Assembly: GCA_942492025.1 (NCBI GenBank)
Contig: CALODJ010000004.1
Coordinates: 84,226 to 148,225, forward strand
Length of the DNA stretch: 64,000 nucleotides
Reading direction: 5' to 3'
Source: an uncultured Gammaproteobacteria bacterium
GTDB lineage: Bacteria > Pseudomonadota > Gammaproteobacteria > SZUA-229
Positions 1 to 9,282 of this stretch are shown one piece after another. Numbering within the stretch: position 1 is the stretch's first letter; each line of letters begins with the position of its first letter. A program made the position numbers and the translations under genes. Below the pieces are notes generated by a model that was not told the DNA's origin, did not search any database, and saw nothing but the letters and a program-made list of their open reading frames with translations.

Positions 1-442
1 TTTCACTTAACTTGCGTACGTAGGTTTTCTCACTGCTCAGGTAGAAGTTTCTTGCAAGCTGCATGGTGATCGTGCTTCCGCCCTGACCCCGTTCACCGGT
101 CATTATCAAATTGATCACTGCACGCAATATGCCTTGATAGTCCACACCAGGATGCTCAAAAAAGCGGTCATCCTCTGCAGAAAGAAATGCCTGCTTCAAT
201 CTGTCAGGAATGTCATCAAGCGACTTGGGACTTCTTCTTTTTTCACCAAATTCACCCAATAACGAACCATCGCTGCTATATATGCGGAGTGGAACCTGCA
301 GCCTGACATCACTGAGACCTTCGATAGAAGGTAACTGTGGGCTCAGGTACAGATACAGGCCAGCTAATGCAATGACTGACCCAGTGAACAAAACCAGTGC
401 AAAAATGATCCCGGTTTTGAGCAGTCTTAGAAGAACATTCAC
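1..442 (-). CDS. mrcA: Penicillin-binding protein 1A (PBP1A, bifunctional transglycosylase/transpeptidase). N-terminal part only; the rest runs off the 5' edge of the window.
   Basis: The reverse-complement translation from a GTG at 442 reads VNVLLRLLKTGIIFALVLFTGSVIALAGLYLYLSPQLPSIEGLSDVRLQVPLRIYSSDGSLLGEFGEKRRSPKSLDDIPDRLKQAFLSAEDDRFFEHPGVDYQGILRAV...GSTITMQLARNFYL. This is the classic PBP1A TM anchor plus the start of the glycosyltransferase domain (EDxxF, GxSTITxQ). It lies divergent to pilM, as in Pseudomonas (ponA–pilMNOPQ). Confidence 0.8.
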   Translation of the reverse strand, partial: MNVLLRLLKTGIIFALVLFTGSVIALAGLYLYLSPQLPSIEGLSDVRLQVPLRIYSSDGSLLGEFGEKRRSPKSLDDIPDRLKQAFLSAEDDRFFEHPGVDYQGILRAVINLIMTGERGQGGSTITMQLARNFYLSSEKTYVRKLSE

Positions 443-629
443 GATGAACAGTCCATTAGGCTTGTAGATACTGAGGGAAGGTAATTATAGACATTTACAT
501 ATTTAATATCGATATTAATTAATACGCCAGTAACTAGTAATTTTCAATACTAACGTCTATATATAAATAAAAAATCAATATAAATAATCAATTACCACCT
601 TAATAACAAATACATTAGGGGATGATGAC

Positions 630-1691
630 GTGTCTCTGCTGAGTCGCAAGAAACCCGTTATTCTGGGGCTGGATATCAGTTCAACATCAGTCAAACTGCT
701 CGAACTGGAACAGAACGGGGATAACTACATAGTCAAGAGTCTGGCGGTGGAACCATTGCCGGACAATGCCGTGGTTGAAAAGAACTTTCAGGATGTCAGC
801 GCCATCGGCGAGACCATTCAGAAAGCAGTGAAGCGTTCTGGTACAAAAGCCAAAATGGCGGCAGTCGCAGTTGCTGGTTCTGCTGTTATCACCAAGATCA
901 TCAACATGCCAGCGAATCTGAGCGAAAGTGAGCTGGAACAGCAAATTCAGCTTGAAGCTGACCAGTACATCCCCTACCCGCTGGAGGAAATCAACCTCGA
1001 TTTTGAAGTCATCGGGCCGACGGCGAACAACCCGGATTCCGTCGATGTGCTACTCGCTGCATCACGGAGTGAAAATATTGAAAATCGCACCGATGCACTG
1101 GACATTGGCGGGCTCAAAGCAAAAATAGTCGACGTAGAAGCCTACACCGTTGAGAACGTTGCACCCTTGTTAACTGCACAGATGGAAGATGGCGGCAAAG
1201 ATCAAATCATCGCAGTCATCGACATCGGTGCCACCATGACCAGCCTCAATGTCATAGAGAACGGTAACCTTATATACACGCGTGAACAAAACTTTGGCGG
1301 AAAACAGCTGACAGAGGAAATCATGCGGCGCTACGGTCTTGCCTACGAAGAGGCCGGGCGTCTGAAGAAGAGCGGTGGCTTACCCGACAACTATATTCCT
1401 GAGGTGTTGGAACCTTTCAAGGAAACGATTGCGCAACAGGTCAGTCGCTTCCTGCAGTTTTTCTATACCTCAGGCCAGCATAATTCAGTCGACCTGATCG
1501 CACTCGCGGGTGGTTGTGCCTCGATTCCAGCCATCGACGAACTGGTTGAATCCCAACTCGGAATCAAGGCCGTTATTGCAAATCCCTTTGCCAGCATGTC
1601 ACTGTCATCGAAAGTGAATCCACAGGCACTGAGCAAAGACGCACCCTCGCTAATGATTGCTTGCGGACTCGCATTGAGGAGTTTTGACTAA
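630..1691 (+). CDS. pilM: Type IV pilus assembly ATPase-fold protein PilM
   Basis: 353 aa with a GTG start after an AGGGGA Shine-Dalgarno. The N-terminus (VILGLDISSTSVKLLELEQNGDNYIVKSLAVEPLPDNAVVEKN) matches the PilM/actin-like fold. It is the first gene of pilMNOPQ. Confidence 0.9.
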   Translation: MSLLSRKKPVILGLDISSTSVKLLELEQNGDNYIVKSLAVEPLPDNAVVEKNFQDVSAIGETIQKAVKRSGTKAKMAAVAVAGSAVITKIINMPANLSESELEQQIQLEADQYIPYPLEEINLDFEVIGPTANNPDSVDVLLAASRSENIENRTDALDIGGLKAKIVDVEAYTVENVAPLLTAQMEDGGKDQIIAVIDIGATMTSLNVIENGNLIYTREQNFGGKQLTEEIMRRYGLAYEEAGRLKKSGGLPDNYIPEVLEPFKETIAQQVSRFLQFFYTSGQHNSVDLIALAGGCASIPAIDELVESQLGIKAVIANPFASMSLSSKVNPQALSKDAPSLMIACGLALRSFD

Positions 1692-2255
1692 ATGGCCAAC
1701 ATTAACTTACTACCCTGGCGCGAGGAACTCCGTAAGGAAAAAACGCAGCAGTTTGCCACGATTACCGGTTTCTCGGTCATTCTCACTGTGTGCGTCATCG
1801 CAGCGATACATTTCGCAATCAACAGTCAGATAACGCACCAGCAAAAACGCAACCAGATATTGACAGATGAAATTGCACGTCTGGACGTGGCACTGAAGGA
1901 AATTGAAGGCCTGGAAGAAACCAAGGAAAAACTGCTGTCCAGAATGGACATCATCCAGTCCTTGCAACAGAAAAGACCGCAGATTGTGCATCTGTTTGAA
2001 GAAATCGTTCGAACAGTACCGGAAGGCATTTATTTGACCGGGATAAAACAGAACGGCAATGCCATCAACATCAATGGCGTGGCCGAATCAAATGGCCGCG
2101 TATCCGCTTATATGCGAAATATAGACGGCTCTGACTGGATGTCGACCCCCAAACTCACTGTGATCGAGAGCAAAAAAGGCACCCTCAGAAGCAGTGACTT
2201 TGTGCTGAAAACATCACAGTCGACCCCAAAATCAGATGAAGAGGAGCAAAGCTAA
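1692..2255 (+). CDS. pilN: Type IV pilus inner-membrane component PilN
   Basis: 187 aa. The N-terminus (MANINLLPWREELRKEKTQQF) is the PilN signature and is followed by a single TM helix. It is translationally coupled to pilM, whose stop abuts the ATG. Confidence 0.85.
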   Translation: MANINLLPWREELRKEKTQQFATITGFSVILTVCVIAAIHFAINSQITHQQKRNQILTDEIARLDVALKEIEGLEETKEKLLSRMDIIQSLQQKRPQIVHLFEEIVRTVPEGIYLTGIKQNGNAININGVAESNGRVSAYMRNIDGSDWMSTPKLTVIESKKGTLRSSDFVLKTSQSTPKSDEEEQS

Positions 2256-2878
2256 TGGCATTCTCCTTAGAGGATCTGAATGAACTTGACGTCAATGACC
2301 TCAAACGCATCGGCACCGCGCCGGCAGCCGTAAAAGTCATTCTGATCATCATTCTGTGTGTTCTGATTGCAGTCGCCGGTTATTTTCTGGTAACAACCCC
2401 CAAGCTGGAAGAACTGGAAAAAGCCGAAAAAGAAGAGGCAACGCTCAGGGCAACATTCGATCAAAAAGCTCAAAAAGCTGCAAATCTCGATGCCTACAAA
2501 CAGCAACTCGATGAGATGCGTCAGTCTTTTGGAGCATTATTAAGGCAGTTACCCAACAAGACTGAGATTGAAACTTTGTTGACCGATATTTCCCAAACCG
2601 GCATATCAAGCGGCCTTGAAATCGACCTGTTCAAACCTGAAGGTCTCATCCCGAAGGACTTCTATGCCGAATATCCCATAAAGCTAAAAGTGACTGGCCG
2701 TTACCATGAGTTTGCACAGTTTGTCAGTGGGGTGGCTGCACTACCCCGAATAGTAACCTTGAAAGACATTGAAATTCTGCCTGCAAGCAAAGATTCCGGG
2801 GTTAAACTTTCGATGGAATTGACAGCGGTGACCTATCAGTATCTGGATGAAGATGATGTGGAGCAGGAGGAACAATAG
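2255..2878 (+). CDS. pilO: Type IV pilus inner-membrane component PilO
   Basis: 207 aa with the LNELDVNDLKRIGTAPAAVKVILIII motif, a TM helix and a coiled coil. Its ATG overlaps the pilN stop. Confidence 0.85.
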   Translation: MAFSLEDLNELDVNDLKRIGTAPAAVKVILIIILCVLIAVAGYFLVTTPKLEELEKAEKEEATLRATFDQKAQKAANLDAYKQQLDEMRQSFGALLRQLPNKTEIETLLTDISQTGISSGLEIDLFKPEGLIPKDFYAEYPIKLKVTGRYHEFAQFVSGVAALPRIVTLKDIEILPASKDSGVKLSMELTAVTYQYLDEDDVEQEEQ

Positions 2879-2879
2879 C

Positions 2880-3407
2880 ATGATCCAATCTGTTAACCAC
2901 AAGGCGATCTTGTTCGCTGTGATCTCAAGTGCGGCGCTCACCGGATGCACCCAGGACGTCACTGATGTATACGCTTATATCGAACAACAGAAGGCTGCTC
3001 ATGTCGGCAGCGTCAGGCCCATTCCCCAGTTCAAACCTTATGAGACCTTCACATACACGGCCTATGAGTTAAGAGATCCGTTCGAAGCCGCTATTGATAT
3101 CGAGGAAGAGGAAAATAAAGACGACTTGTTAAGTCCTGATAAATCCAGGCCAAGACAGCCACTCGAAGCATTCCCTCTGGATACCTTGCGCATGGTGGGT
3201 GTACTGGAACAGGGTAAAAACCTGTGGGGCCTGATTGAAGATCCGAAAAATGTCGTGCACCGGGTCCAGGTAGGCAATTACATGGGACAAAACGAGGGTG
3301 CCATAACCGGCATCAGCGAGGCTGAGATATTTTTAGTTGAGATTATTTCCGATGGTGTAGGTGGCTATATCGAACGCAATGCCTCCATCGCCATAGGCAA
3401 TGAATAA
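2880..3407 (+). CDS. pilP: Type IV pilus lipoprotein PilP
   Basis: The signal peptide and lipobox MIQSVNHKAILFAVISSAALTGC start 1 nt after the pilO stop. The ORF track offers an upstream ATG at 2847, which I consider less likely. Confidence 0.8.
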   Translation: MIQSVNHKAILFAVISSAALTGCTQDVTDVYAYIEQQKAAHVGSVRPIPQFKPYETFTYTAYELRDPFEAAIDIEEEENKDDLLSPDKSRPRQPLEAFPLDTLRMVGVLEQGKNLWGLIEDPKNVVHRVQVGNYMGQNEGAITGISEAEIFLVEIISDGVGGYIERNASIAIGNE

Positions 3408-3421
3408 AAGCGGAGCGTGAT

Positions 3422-5599
3422 ATGAGTATTCTAACAATGGGGAAATCCCGAAGAATAATAACTATAAATCCGGGAATCAGCAGCTTGCTTCTGCTCGTTA
3501 CGGTACTTTTCAACATCGGCGTTGCCGGCGCAGCTCAAAACACGCTGGAATCTGTAACCTACTCGACCCTGCCTGGTAATCGACTGCAGATCGTACTGGG
3601 TATGAGCCAGGAAACGCCGAAACCGCTCAGCTTTACCATCGACAATCCAGCGCGCATAGCTTTTGATTTTGCCAACACCAGTAGCAACTTGCCGAAACGT
3701 TCACAGCCAATCGGCGTAGGCATTGCACAGTCGATCACGGCGATCTCAGCTAAAGATAAAACGCGCGTCATACTTAATCTTACCGAAGTCGTACCTTACG
3801 CTGTCAACAGTGAAGGAAACAATGTGCTGATAACACTCGACAGTGAGTCGACCAGTAACCTGTTTACTGCAGGTAGCAGCCCAACAGGTCCATCAGCCAT
3901 CACTTCACAACGTTTCGATGACCAGTTGAGAGGCGTCAACAATATCGATTTTCGTCGCGGTGAAAATGGCGAAGGCCGTGTGGTTGTTACGCTGACCGAA
4001 ACCAACATCCCGATGGACATCAACGAAGAATTCGGCAAGGTTATTGTCAAATTCCTCAGTTCCAATCTACCTGACAGGCTACGCCAGACACTCGATGTAC
4101 TGGATTTTGCGACGCCGGTGAAATCTATCAGCAGTTTTGAACAGGATGGTACCGTACGCCTCGAAATTGAACCTGTTAATCGTGATTTTGAACACGTTTC
4201 CTATCAGGCCAATAATATCTTCACCATCGAGTTCAAACCTATCAGCAAAAAGGAGCTGGACGAAAAGATCCGTAACAAATTTGGCTACACCGGAGACCGC
4301 CTGTCACTTAATTTCCAGGACATTCCCGTGCGAGCAGTATTGCAACTGATTGCAGACTTTACTGGCCTCAATGTTGTAGTCAGTGACTCAGTCGATGGAA
4401 ATTTGACACTGCGTCTGCAGAACGTGCCGTGGGATCAGGCGCTGGATATCATTCTCAAATCCAAGGGCCTGTCCAAGCGCGAAGCGGGCAATGTCATGTT
4501 GATCGCGCCGAGTGAGGAGATTGCCGCACAGGAAAAAATCGATCTCGAAGCAGCCCAGGCCATCACAGAGCTGGCACCGATACGCACCGCTTTCTTTACC
4601 ATCAACTTTGCCAAGGCAACCGAGCTCGAACCCCTGTTCACCGGTGGTGAGGGTGAAGAAGACGCGGCTGGCCTGCTCTCGGGTCGCGGCAGTGTCATCA
4701 TAGATGAGCGCACCAATACCCTGATCGTAAAAGATACCGATGAAGTCATCTCGGAAATCAGAAAAATCCTTGCCGAACTGGACATCCCGGTGCGTCAGGT
4801 CATGATTTCGTCACGCATCGTCATTGCTCAGGATGATTTCACGCGCGAACTGGGCAATCGATTCGGACTTACCCGATCCGACACCTTCGGCAGTGACGGC
4901 CTCTACAACACCAGCGGCACGGTACAGGCGACTGACGTCATGACCAGTAGCAACTTTGAAAATCTGGCAAACACCGGTCAGCCGTTTCCAACTGAAGTGC
5001 CATTCGGTACCGCAGATCGCTTCAACGTCAATTTACCGACATCGGGCTTGGCCACAGGTACCATCGCGTTCTCGATCCTGAAGGGCAGTTCGTTGATCGA
5101 CCTTGAACTGTCAGCCCTGCAGGCTGAAAACCAGGGTGAGATCATCTCCAGCCCGCGGGTGGTCACAGCAGACCGGCACGAAGCCTTCATCGAACAGGGT
5201 GTGGAAATTCCCTACCTGTCAGCGACCTCCAGTGGCGCGACCCAGGTTGAATTCAAAAAAGCGGTGCTGAGCATCAAGGTAACACCTCAGATCACACCCG
5301 ATGACCGCATCATCATGGATCTGCAAGTGAACAAGGATGCCGTTGGCGAGGTCTTTGCCGGTATCCCCAGTATCGATACCCGTGAAGTGGATACCCAGGT
5401 TCTGGTCAATAATGGTGACACCATCGTGCTCGGTGGTATCTATGAGCAGGTTACCCGCGATGAAGTTGACAAGGTGCCCCTGCTTGGTGACATTCCTGTG
5501 CTGGGATATTTGTTCAAGCATACCCTGGAGAGTGATGAGAAAGCAGAGCTGCTGATTTTCGTCACACCGAAAATCCTGAAAGACACATTGTCACTCTAA
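3422..5599 (+). CDS. pilQ: Type IV pilus secretin PilQ
   Basis: 725 aa with a signal peptide, N-terminal AMIN-like repeats, and a C-terminal secretin domain (VIVLGGIYEQVTRDEVDKVPLLGDIPVLGYLFK...LLIFVTPKIL). Confidence 0.9.
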   Translation: MSILTMGKSRRIITINPGISSLLLLVTVLFNIGVAGAAQNTLESVTYSTLPGNRLQIVLGMSQETPKPLSFTIDNPARIAFDFANTSSNLPKRSQPIGVGIAQSITAISAKDKTRVILNLTEVVPYAVNSEGNNVLITLDSESTSNLFTAGSSPTGPSAITSQRFDDQLRGVNNIDFRRGENGEGRVVVTLTETNIPMDINEEFGKVIVKFLSSNLPDRLRQTLDVLDFATPVKSISSFEQDGTVRLEIEPVNRDFEHVSYQANNIFTIEFKPISKKELDEKIRNKFGYTGDRLSLNFQDIPVRAVLQLIADFTGLNVVVSDSVDGNLTLRLQNVPWDQALDIILKSKGLSKREAGNVMLIAPSEEIAAQEKIDLEAAQAITELAPIRTAFFTINFAKATELEPLFTGGEGEEDAAGLLSGRGSVIIDERTNTLIVKDTDEVISEIRKILAELDIPVRQVMISSRIVIAQDDFTRELGNRFGLTRSDTFGSDGLYNTSGTVQATDVMTSSNFENLANTGQPFPTEVPFGTADRFNVNLPTSGLATGTIAFSILKGSSLIDLELSALQAENQGEIISSPRVVTADRHEAFIEQGVEIPYLSATSSGATQVEFKKAVLSIKVTPQITPDDRIIMDLQVNKDAVGEVFAGIPSIDTREVDTQVLVNNGDTIVLGGIYEQVTRDEVDKVPLLGDIPVLGYLFKHTLESDEKAELLIFVTPKILKDTLSL

Positions 5600-5621
5600 T
5601 ATTTTGTGAAAGGTGAATTAG

Positions 5622-6353
5622 ATGAACAAATACATGCGAACATTGGTAGCCTTGCTGAGCGTGTCATCGGTGTTTCTGGCCAGTTGCAGCGAAGATAATT
5701 TCGAAGCATACGAGGATCCCGGTGTTGCCAGCGTGACAACCAATCCGGGTGTGATTTCACAAAAGAACTTTTCGCTGCTTGCAGACGAACCTCAACCCAC
5801 TGTGATCGATCCGACGACCAACAGCTTCACACAGACCGATGTCAGCCTGACCATTTTCGTTGGCGACCGCAACAACCAGACCATCACGGACGGCCACACT
5901 GTGGCTTTCGTGTCCGAATATGGTCTGATCAATCCGCCGACATGTGAAACCGGCGCCGACGGCACCTGTTCAGTCACCTGGTCCGCCATAAAGCGACCGG
6001 ATGATGGCGGACCCGGTAGCGATTATTACGTCACAATAACCGCATACGCTATCGGTGAAGAGACGTTTATCGACACCAACGGTAACGGCATTTTCGATGA
6101 TGGCGATGCCGGTTTTGAAGACCTCGAAGAGCCCTTTGTCGATGCCGACAGCGACAACATTTTCACTCCAGGGGATACGGTCATCGATGTTGTCAGCATC
6201 AATGACCCCACCGGCATCAATGGAGTCCACGATGTTGGTGACGGCTTTTTTAATGGTGCCGGCTGCACACATCCGAGCCAGTGCGCAGTGGTGCCATTTA
6301 TCACCGTCTGGGATGACATTATCCTGAAGATCGACGGTCCCGCGACGCCTTAA
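5622..6353 (+). CDS. Lipoprotein with an Ig-like (Big) domain and Asp-rich Ca-binding-like repeats. Function unknown.
   Basis: Good Shine-Dalgarno (AAGGTGA) and a lipobox (VFLASC). It carries an invasin/Big-like segment (TITDGHTVAFVSEYG...CETGADGTCSVTWSA) and then D-x-D-x-D-G type repeats (DTNGNGIFDDGDAGFEDLEE...DADSDNIF). It is inserted between pilQ and aroK, which are adjacent in Pseudomonas. Confidence 0.6.
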   Translation: MNKYMRTLVALLSVSSVFLASCSEDNFEAYEDPGVASVTTNPGVISQKNFSLLADEPQPTVIDPTTNSFTQTDVSLTIFVGDRNNQTITDGHTVAFVSEYGLINPPTCETGADGTCSVTWSAIKRPDDGGPGSDYYVTITAYAIGEETFIDTNGNGIFDDGDAGFEDLEEPFVDADSDNIFTPGDTVIDVVSINDPTGINGVHDVGDGFFNGAGCTHPSQCAVVPFITVWDDIILKIDGPATP

Positions 6354-6463
6354 TCCGCGGTCCACTGATCACCCATGCCCAGCCCGGCCTCTGTCCAGGC
6401 GGGGCATTTCATTTCCACTCACGATATAATGTGCTGCACCTGCAATCAGGACGTTTTATCGGT

Positions 6464-7009
6464 ATGCGAGAGGACAATAATATATTTTTGATCGGCCCCA
6501 TGGGTGCCGGCAAAACCACGATTGGCAAACAGCTCGCCCGTGAGTTAAACAGGCCGTTTTATGATAGTGATCGTTTCATTGAAGAGCAGACCGGCGCGAA
6601 TATTCCGCTGATCTTTGATCTTGAGGGCGAAGAGGGTTTCCGTAAACGTGAACAGGCCGCAATCGAGGAACTCTCCCGCATGAATAATATCGTGCTGGCA
6701 ACCGGTGGTGGCGCCGTGTTGCGGGAAGCCAACCGGAAACACCTTTCCGAACGAGGTACAGCCTTTTATCTCTACACTGACCTCAAAGTACTACTTGAAA
6801 GAACGCGAAAGGACAAGAACAGGCCATTGCTTCATGGCGAGGAGAGTCCTGAAGTGATCCTCAAACGACTGATGCAGCAACGTGATCCGCTCTATCGGCA
6901 GACGGCTGATCATATAATCGATACCGGGAAGAGCTCGATACGCGGCGTAATAAAAGCTATTATTGGCTGCCTCGAAAAAAACGCTCAAGAAACAAGCCAG
7001 AACTCATGA
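6464..7009 (+). CDS. aroK: Shikimate kinase
   Basis: [25 protein letters not shown] gives the P-loop NMP-kinase fold and the AroK length class. The track ORF starts at 6431, but I prefer the ATG at 6464. It overlaps aroB by 4 bp. Confidence 0.9.
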   Translation: MREDNNIFLIGPMGAGKTTIGKQLARELNRPFYDSDRFIEEQTGANIPLIFDLEGEEGFRKREQAAIEELSRMNNIVLATGGGAVLREANRKHLSERGTAFYLYTDLKVLLERTRKDKNRPLLHGEESPEVILKRLMQQRDPLYRQTADHIIDTGKSSIRGVIKAIIGCLEKNAQETSQNS

Positions 7010-8088
7010 TCACGCTTACAGTTGACCTGGAAGAACGCAGTTACCCGATATATATCGGTGACGGCCTGCTCGGCGACAATGAACTTCTCGTGAAGCATAT
7101 TCCCGGAAAAAACGTACTGGTTGTCAGCAATGAAACGGTTGCTCCGCTGTACCTGGATAAAATCCTGACAATGCTGGCCGGCAAGCATGTCGAATCCTGT
7201 ATCCTGCCGGACGGCGAGGAATACAAGAACCTGGAAACCCTGAACACAATATACGATGTGCTGCTGGGCAAAAAACTCGACCGCAATACCACCATCATCG
7301 CGCTGGGTGGCGGCGTAATCGGCGATATGGCGGGCTTTGCTGCTGCCAGCTACCAGCGAGGTGTTCATCTGATCCAGATACCGACGACGCTGCTCGCCCA
7401 GGTGGATTCCTCGGTTGGCGGTAAAACCGCAGTCAACCACAGGCTTGGCAAGAATATGATTGGCGCGTTCTATCAGCCCAGAGCTGTGATCGCCGATACG
7501 ATGACGCTGAATACCCTGCCCGAGCGAGAACTCAGTGCAGGTATCGCCGAGGTGATCAAATACGGCCTGATACGGGATCTGCCCTTCTTCGACTGGCTGC
7601 AAGTGAATATGCCCCGACTGATGGACCGCGATGCCGACGGTCTCGCCTATGCCATAGAAACCTCATGCCGCAACAAGGCCGAAGTGGTTGCTGCCGATGA
7701 AAAAGAAAGCGGTCAGCGCGCCCTGCTCAATCTGGGTCATACCTTTGGCCATGCCATAGAGGCCGGCCTGGGTTATGGCAACTGGCTTCACGGTGAAGCG
7801 GTTGCCGCAGGTATGTCTATGGCGGCCAGGATGTCACATCAGCTTGGCTGGATATCGACGGACGATATCCGGCGTATCACGAGCATGATTGCACAGGCCG
7901 GGCTACCGGTTCACGCGCCAGCAGAGCTCAGTGCCGAGCGTTTTGTCGAATTGATGTCGGTGGACAAGAAAGTCATGGACGGGGTGCTGCGTCTTGTGCT
8001 ACTCAAGGATATCGGTCATGCTGTGATTGTCAATGACTACACCCGGGAGCAGCTGGTGAATGCAATACAGAGCAGTTATGCTGCCTGA
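7006..8088 (+). CDS. aroB: 3-dehydroquinate synthase
   Basis: 360 aa with [20 protein letters not shown]...HTFGHAIE, the NAD/metal-binding motifs of AroB. It sits in the conserved pilQ–aroK–aroB arrangement. Confidence 0.9.
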   Translation: MITLTVDLEERSYPIYIGDGLLGDNELLVKHIPGKNVLVVSNETVAPLYLDKILTMLAGKHVESCILPDGEEYKNLETLNTIYDVLLGKKLDRNTTIIALGGGVIGDMAGFAAASYQRGVHLIQIPTTLLAQVDSSVGGKTAVNHRLGKNMIGAFYQPRAVIADTMTLNTLPERELSAGIAEVIKYGLIRDLPFFDWLQVNMPRLMDRDADGLAYAIETSCRNKAEVVAADEKESGQRALLNLGHTFGHAIEAGLGYGNWLHGEAVAAGMSMAARMSHQLGWISTDDIRRITSMIAQAGLPVHAPAELSAERFVELMSVDKKVMDGVLRLVLLKDIGHAVIVNDYTREQLVNAIQSSYAA

Positions 8089-8104
8089 ATCAGCCCGCTA
8101 CACT

Positions 8105-9274
8105 ATGGAAAATCTCGCCAGCTACGCCTGTACCGACAAGAATTCAAGAGGACGCGCTCACCCTGAAGACGGCCCGATATATCGAAACCAGTATCAACGT
8201 GACCGTGACCGCATCATCCATTCCGCTGCATTCCGCCGACTGGAATACAAAACCCAGGTCTTTGTTAACCATGAAGGTGACCTGTTTCGCACCCGTCTGA
8301 CACATTCACTCGAAGTCGCCCAGATAGCCCGCAGCATCGCACGTGAACTGCGTTTACACGAGGATCTTGCCGAGGCCATAGCGCTATCGCACGACCTCGG
8401 ACACACACCGTTTGGACACGCAGGACAAAATGCCTTGAACCAGTGCATGAAGGAATATGGCGGTTTTGAACATAACCAGCAGTCACTGCGTGTTGTTGAC
8501 AAGCTGGAAACTAAATATGCAGAGTTTGATGGCCTCAACCTGATGTTTGAAACACGTGAAGGCATTCTCAAGCATTGTTCGGCAAAACAGGCACGCAACC
8601 TCGGGGATGTTGCAAAACGCTTTATCGACAAAACCCAGAGCAGTCTGGAAGCACAGCTGGTAGACCTTTCCGATGAAACCGCCTACAGTAATCATGATGT
8701 CGATGATGGCTTGCGCTATGGACTGATTGCTTTTGATGATCTGCTTGAAATCAGACTGTTTCGTGATCAATACGATAAAGTAGCCGCCAGCTATCATGAC
8801 ATCAATAACCGTCAGATGATTCATGAAGTTATTCGCAGAATGATCAATGTCATGGTCGTTGACCTGATCGATACCAGCCGAAACAACATCGCCGCGGCCA
8901 ATCCTGAAACGCTGGATGATGTGCGCAAACAGCCCAGGGCGCTGATATCATTCAGTGATGCAATGATGGCATTAATTCTAGAAATGAAACAGTTTCTGCG
9001 TCACAATCTCTATCAGCATTACCGTGTTCATCGCATGAGCAGAAAAGCCTACGACATATTGACGGCACTGTTTGATGCATTCATGAATGACATAAAAATA
9101 CTTCCCCCGGAAGCCCGTGAGCAGTGCATGATTTTGCAGAAGGATCATGGCGATGAGGGTATTGCCCGTGGCGTTGCCGATTACATAGCCGGCATGACGG
9201 ACAGATACGCTATCGTAGAATACGAGCGCATCTTCAATCCACGGCAGCTTTCATTTGTGAATCTGATTCCTTAA
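8105..9274 (+). CDS. dgt: dGTP triphosphohydrolase-like HD-domain protein
   Basis: HD motif [18 protein letters not shown]...[15 protein letters not shown] and [19 protein letters not shown]. The start at 8105 (MENLASY...) aligns with dGTPase N-termini. The track start at 8060 would overlap aroB. Confidence 0.8.
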   Translation: MENLASYACTDKNSRGRAHPEDGPIYRNQYQRDRDRIIHSAAFRRLEYKTQVFVNHEGDLFRTRLTHSLEVAQIARSIARELRLHEDLAEAIALSHDLGHTPFGHAGQNALNQCMKEYGGFEHNQQSLRVVDKLETKYAEFDGLNLMFETREGILKHCSAKQARNLGDVAKRFIDKTQSSLEAQLVDLSDETAYSNHDVDDGLRYGLIAFDDLLEIRLFRDQYDKVAASYHDINNRQMIHEVIRRMINVMVVDLIDTSRNNIAAANPETLDDVRKQPRALISFSDAMMALILEMKQFLRHNLYQHYRVHRMSRKAYDILTALFDAFMNDIKILPPEAREQCMILQKDHGDEGIARGVADYIAGMTDRYAIVEYERIFNPRQLSFVNLIP

Positions 9275-9282
9275 AATATTGG

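Noticed and set aside
210-467. 85-aa plus-strand ORF at the window start
   Set aside because: It is antisense to the clearly homologous PBP1A N-terminus encoded on the minus strand.
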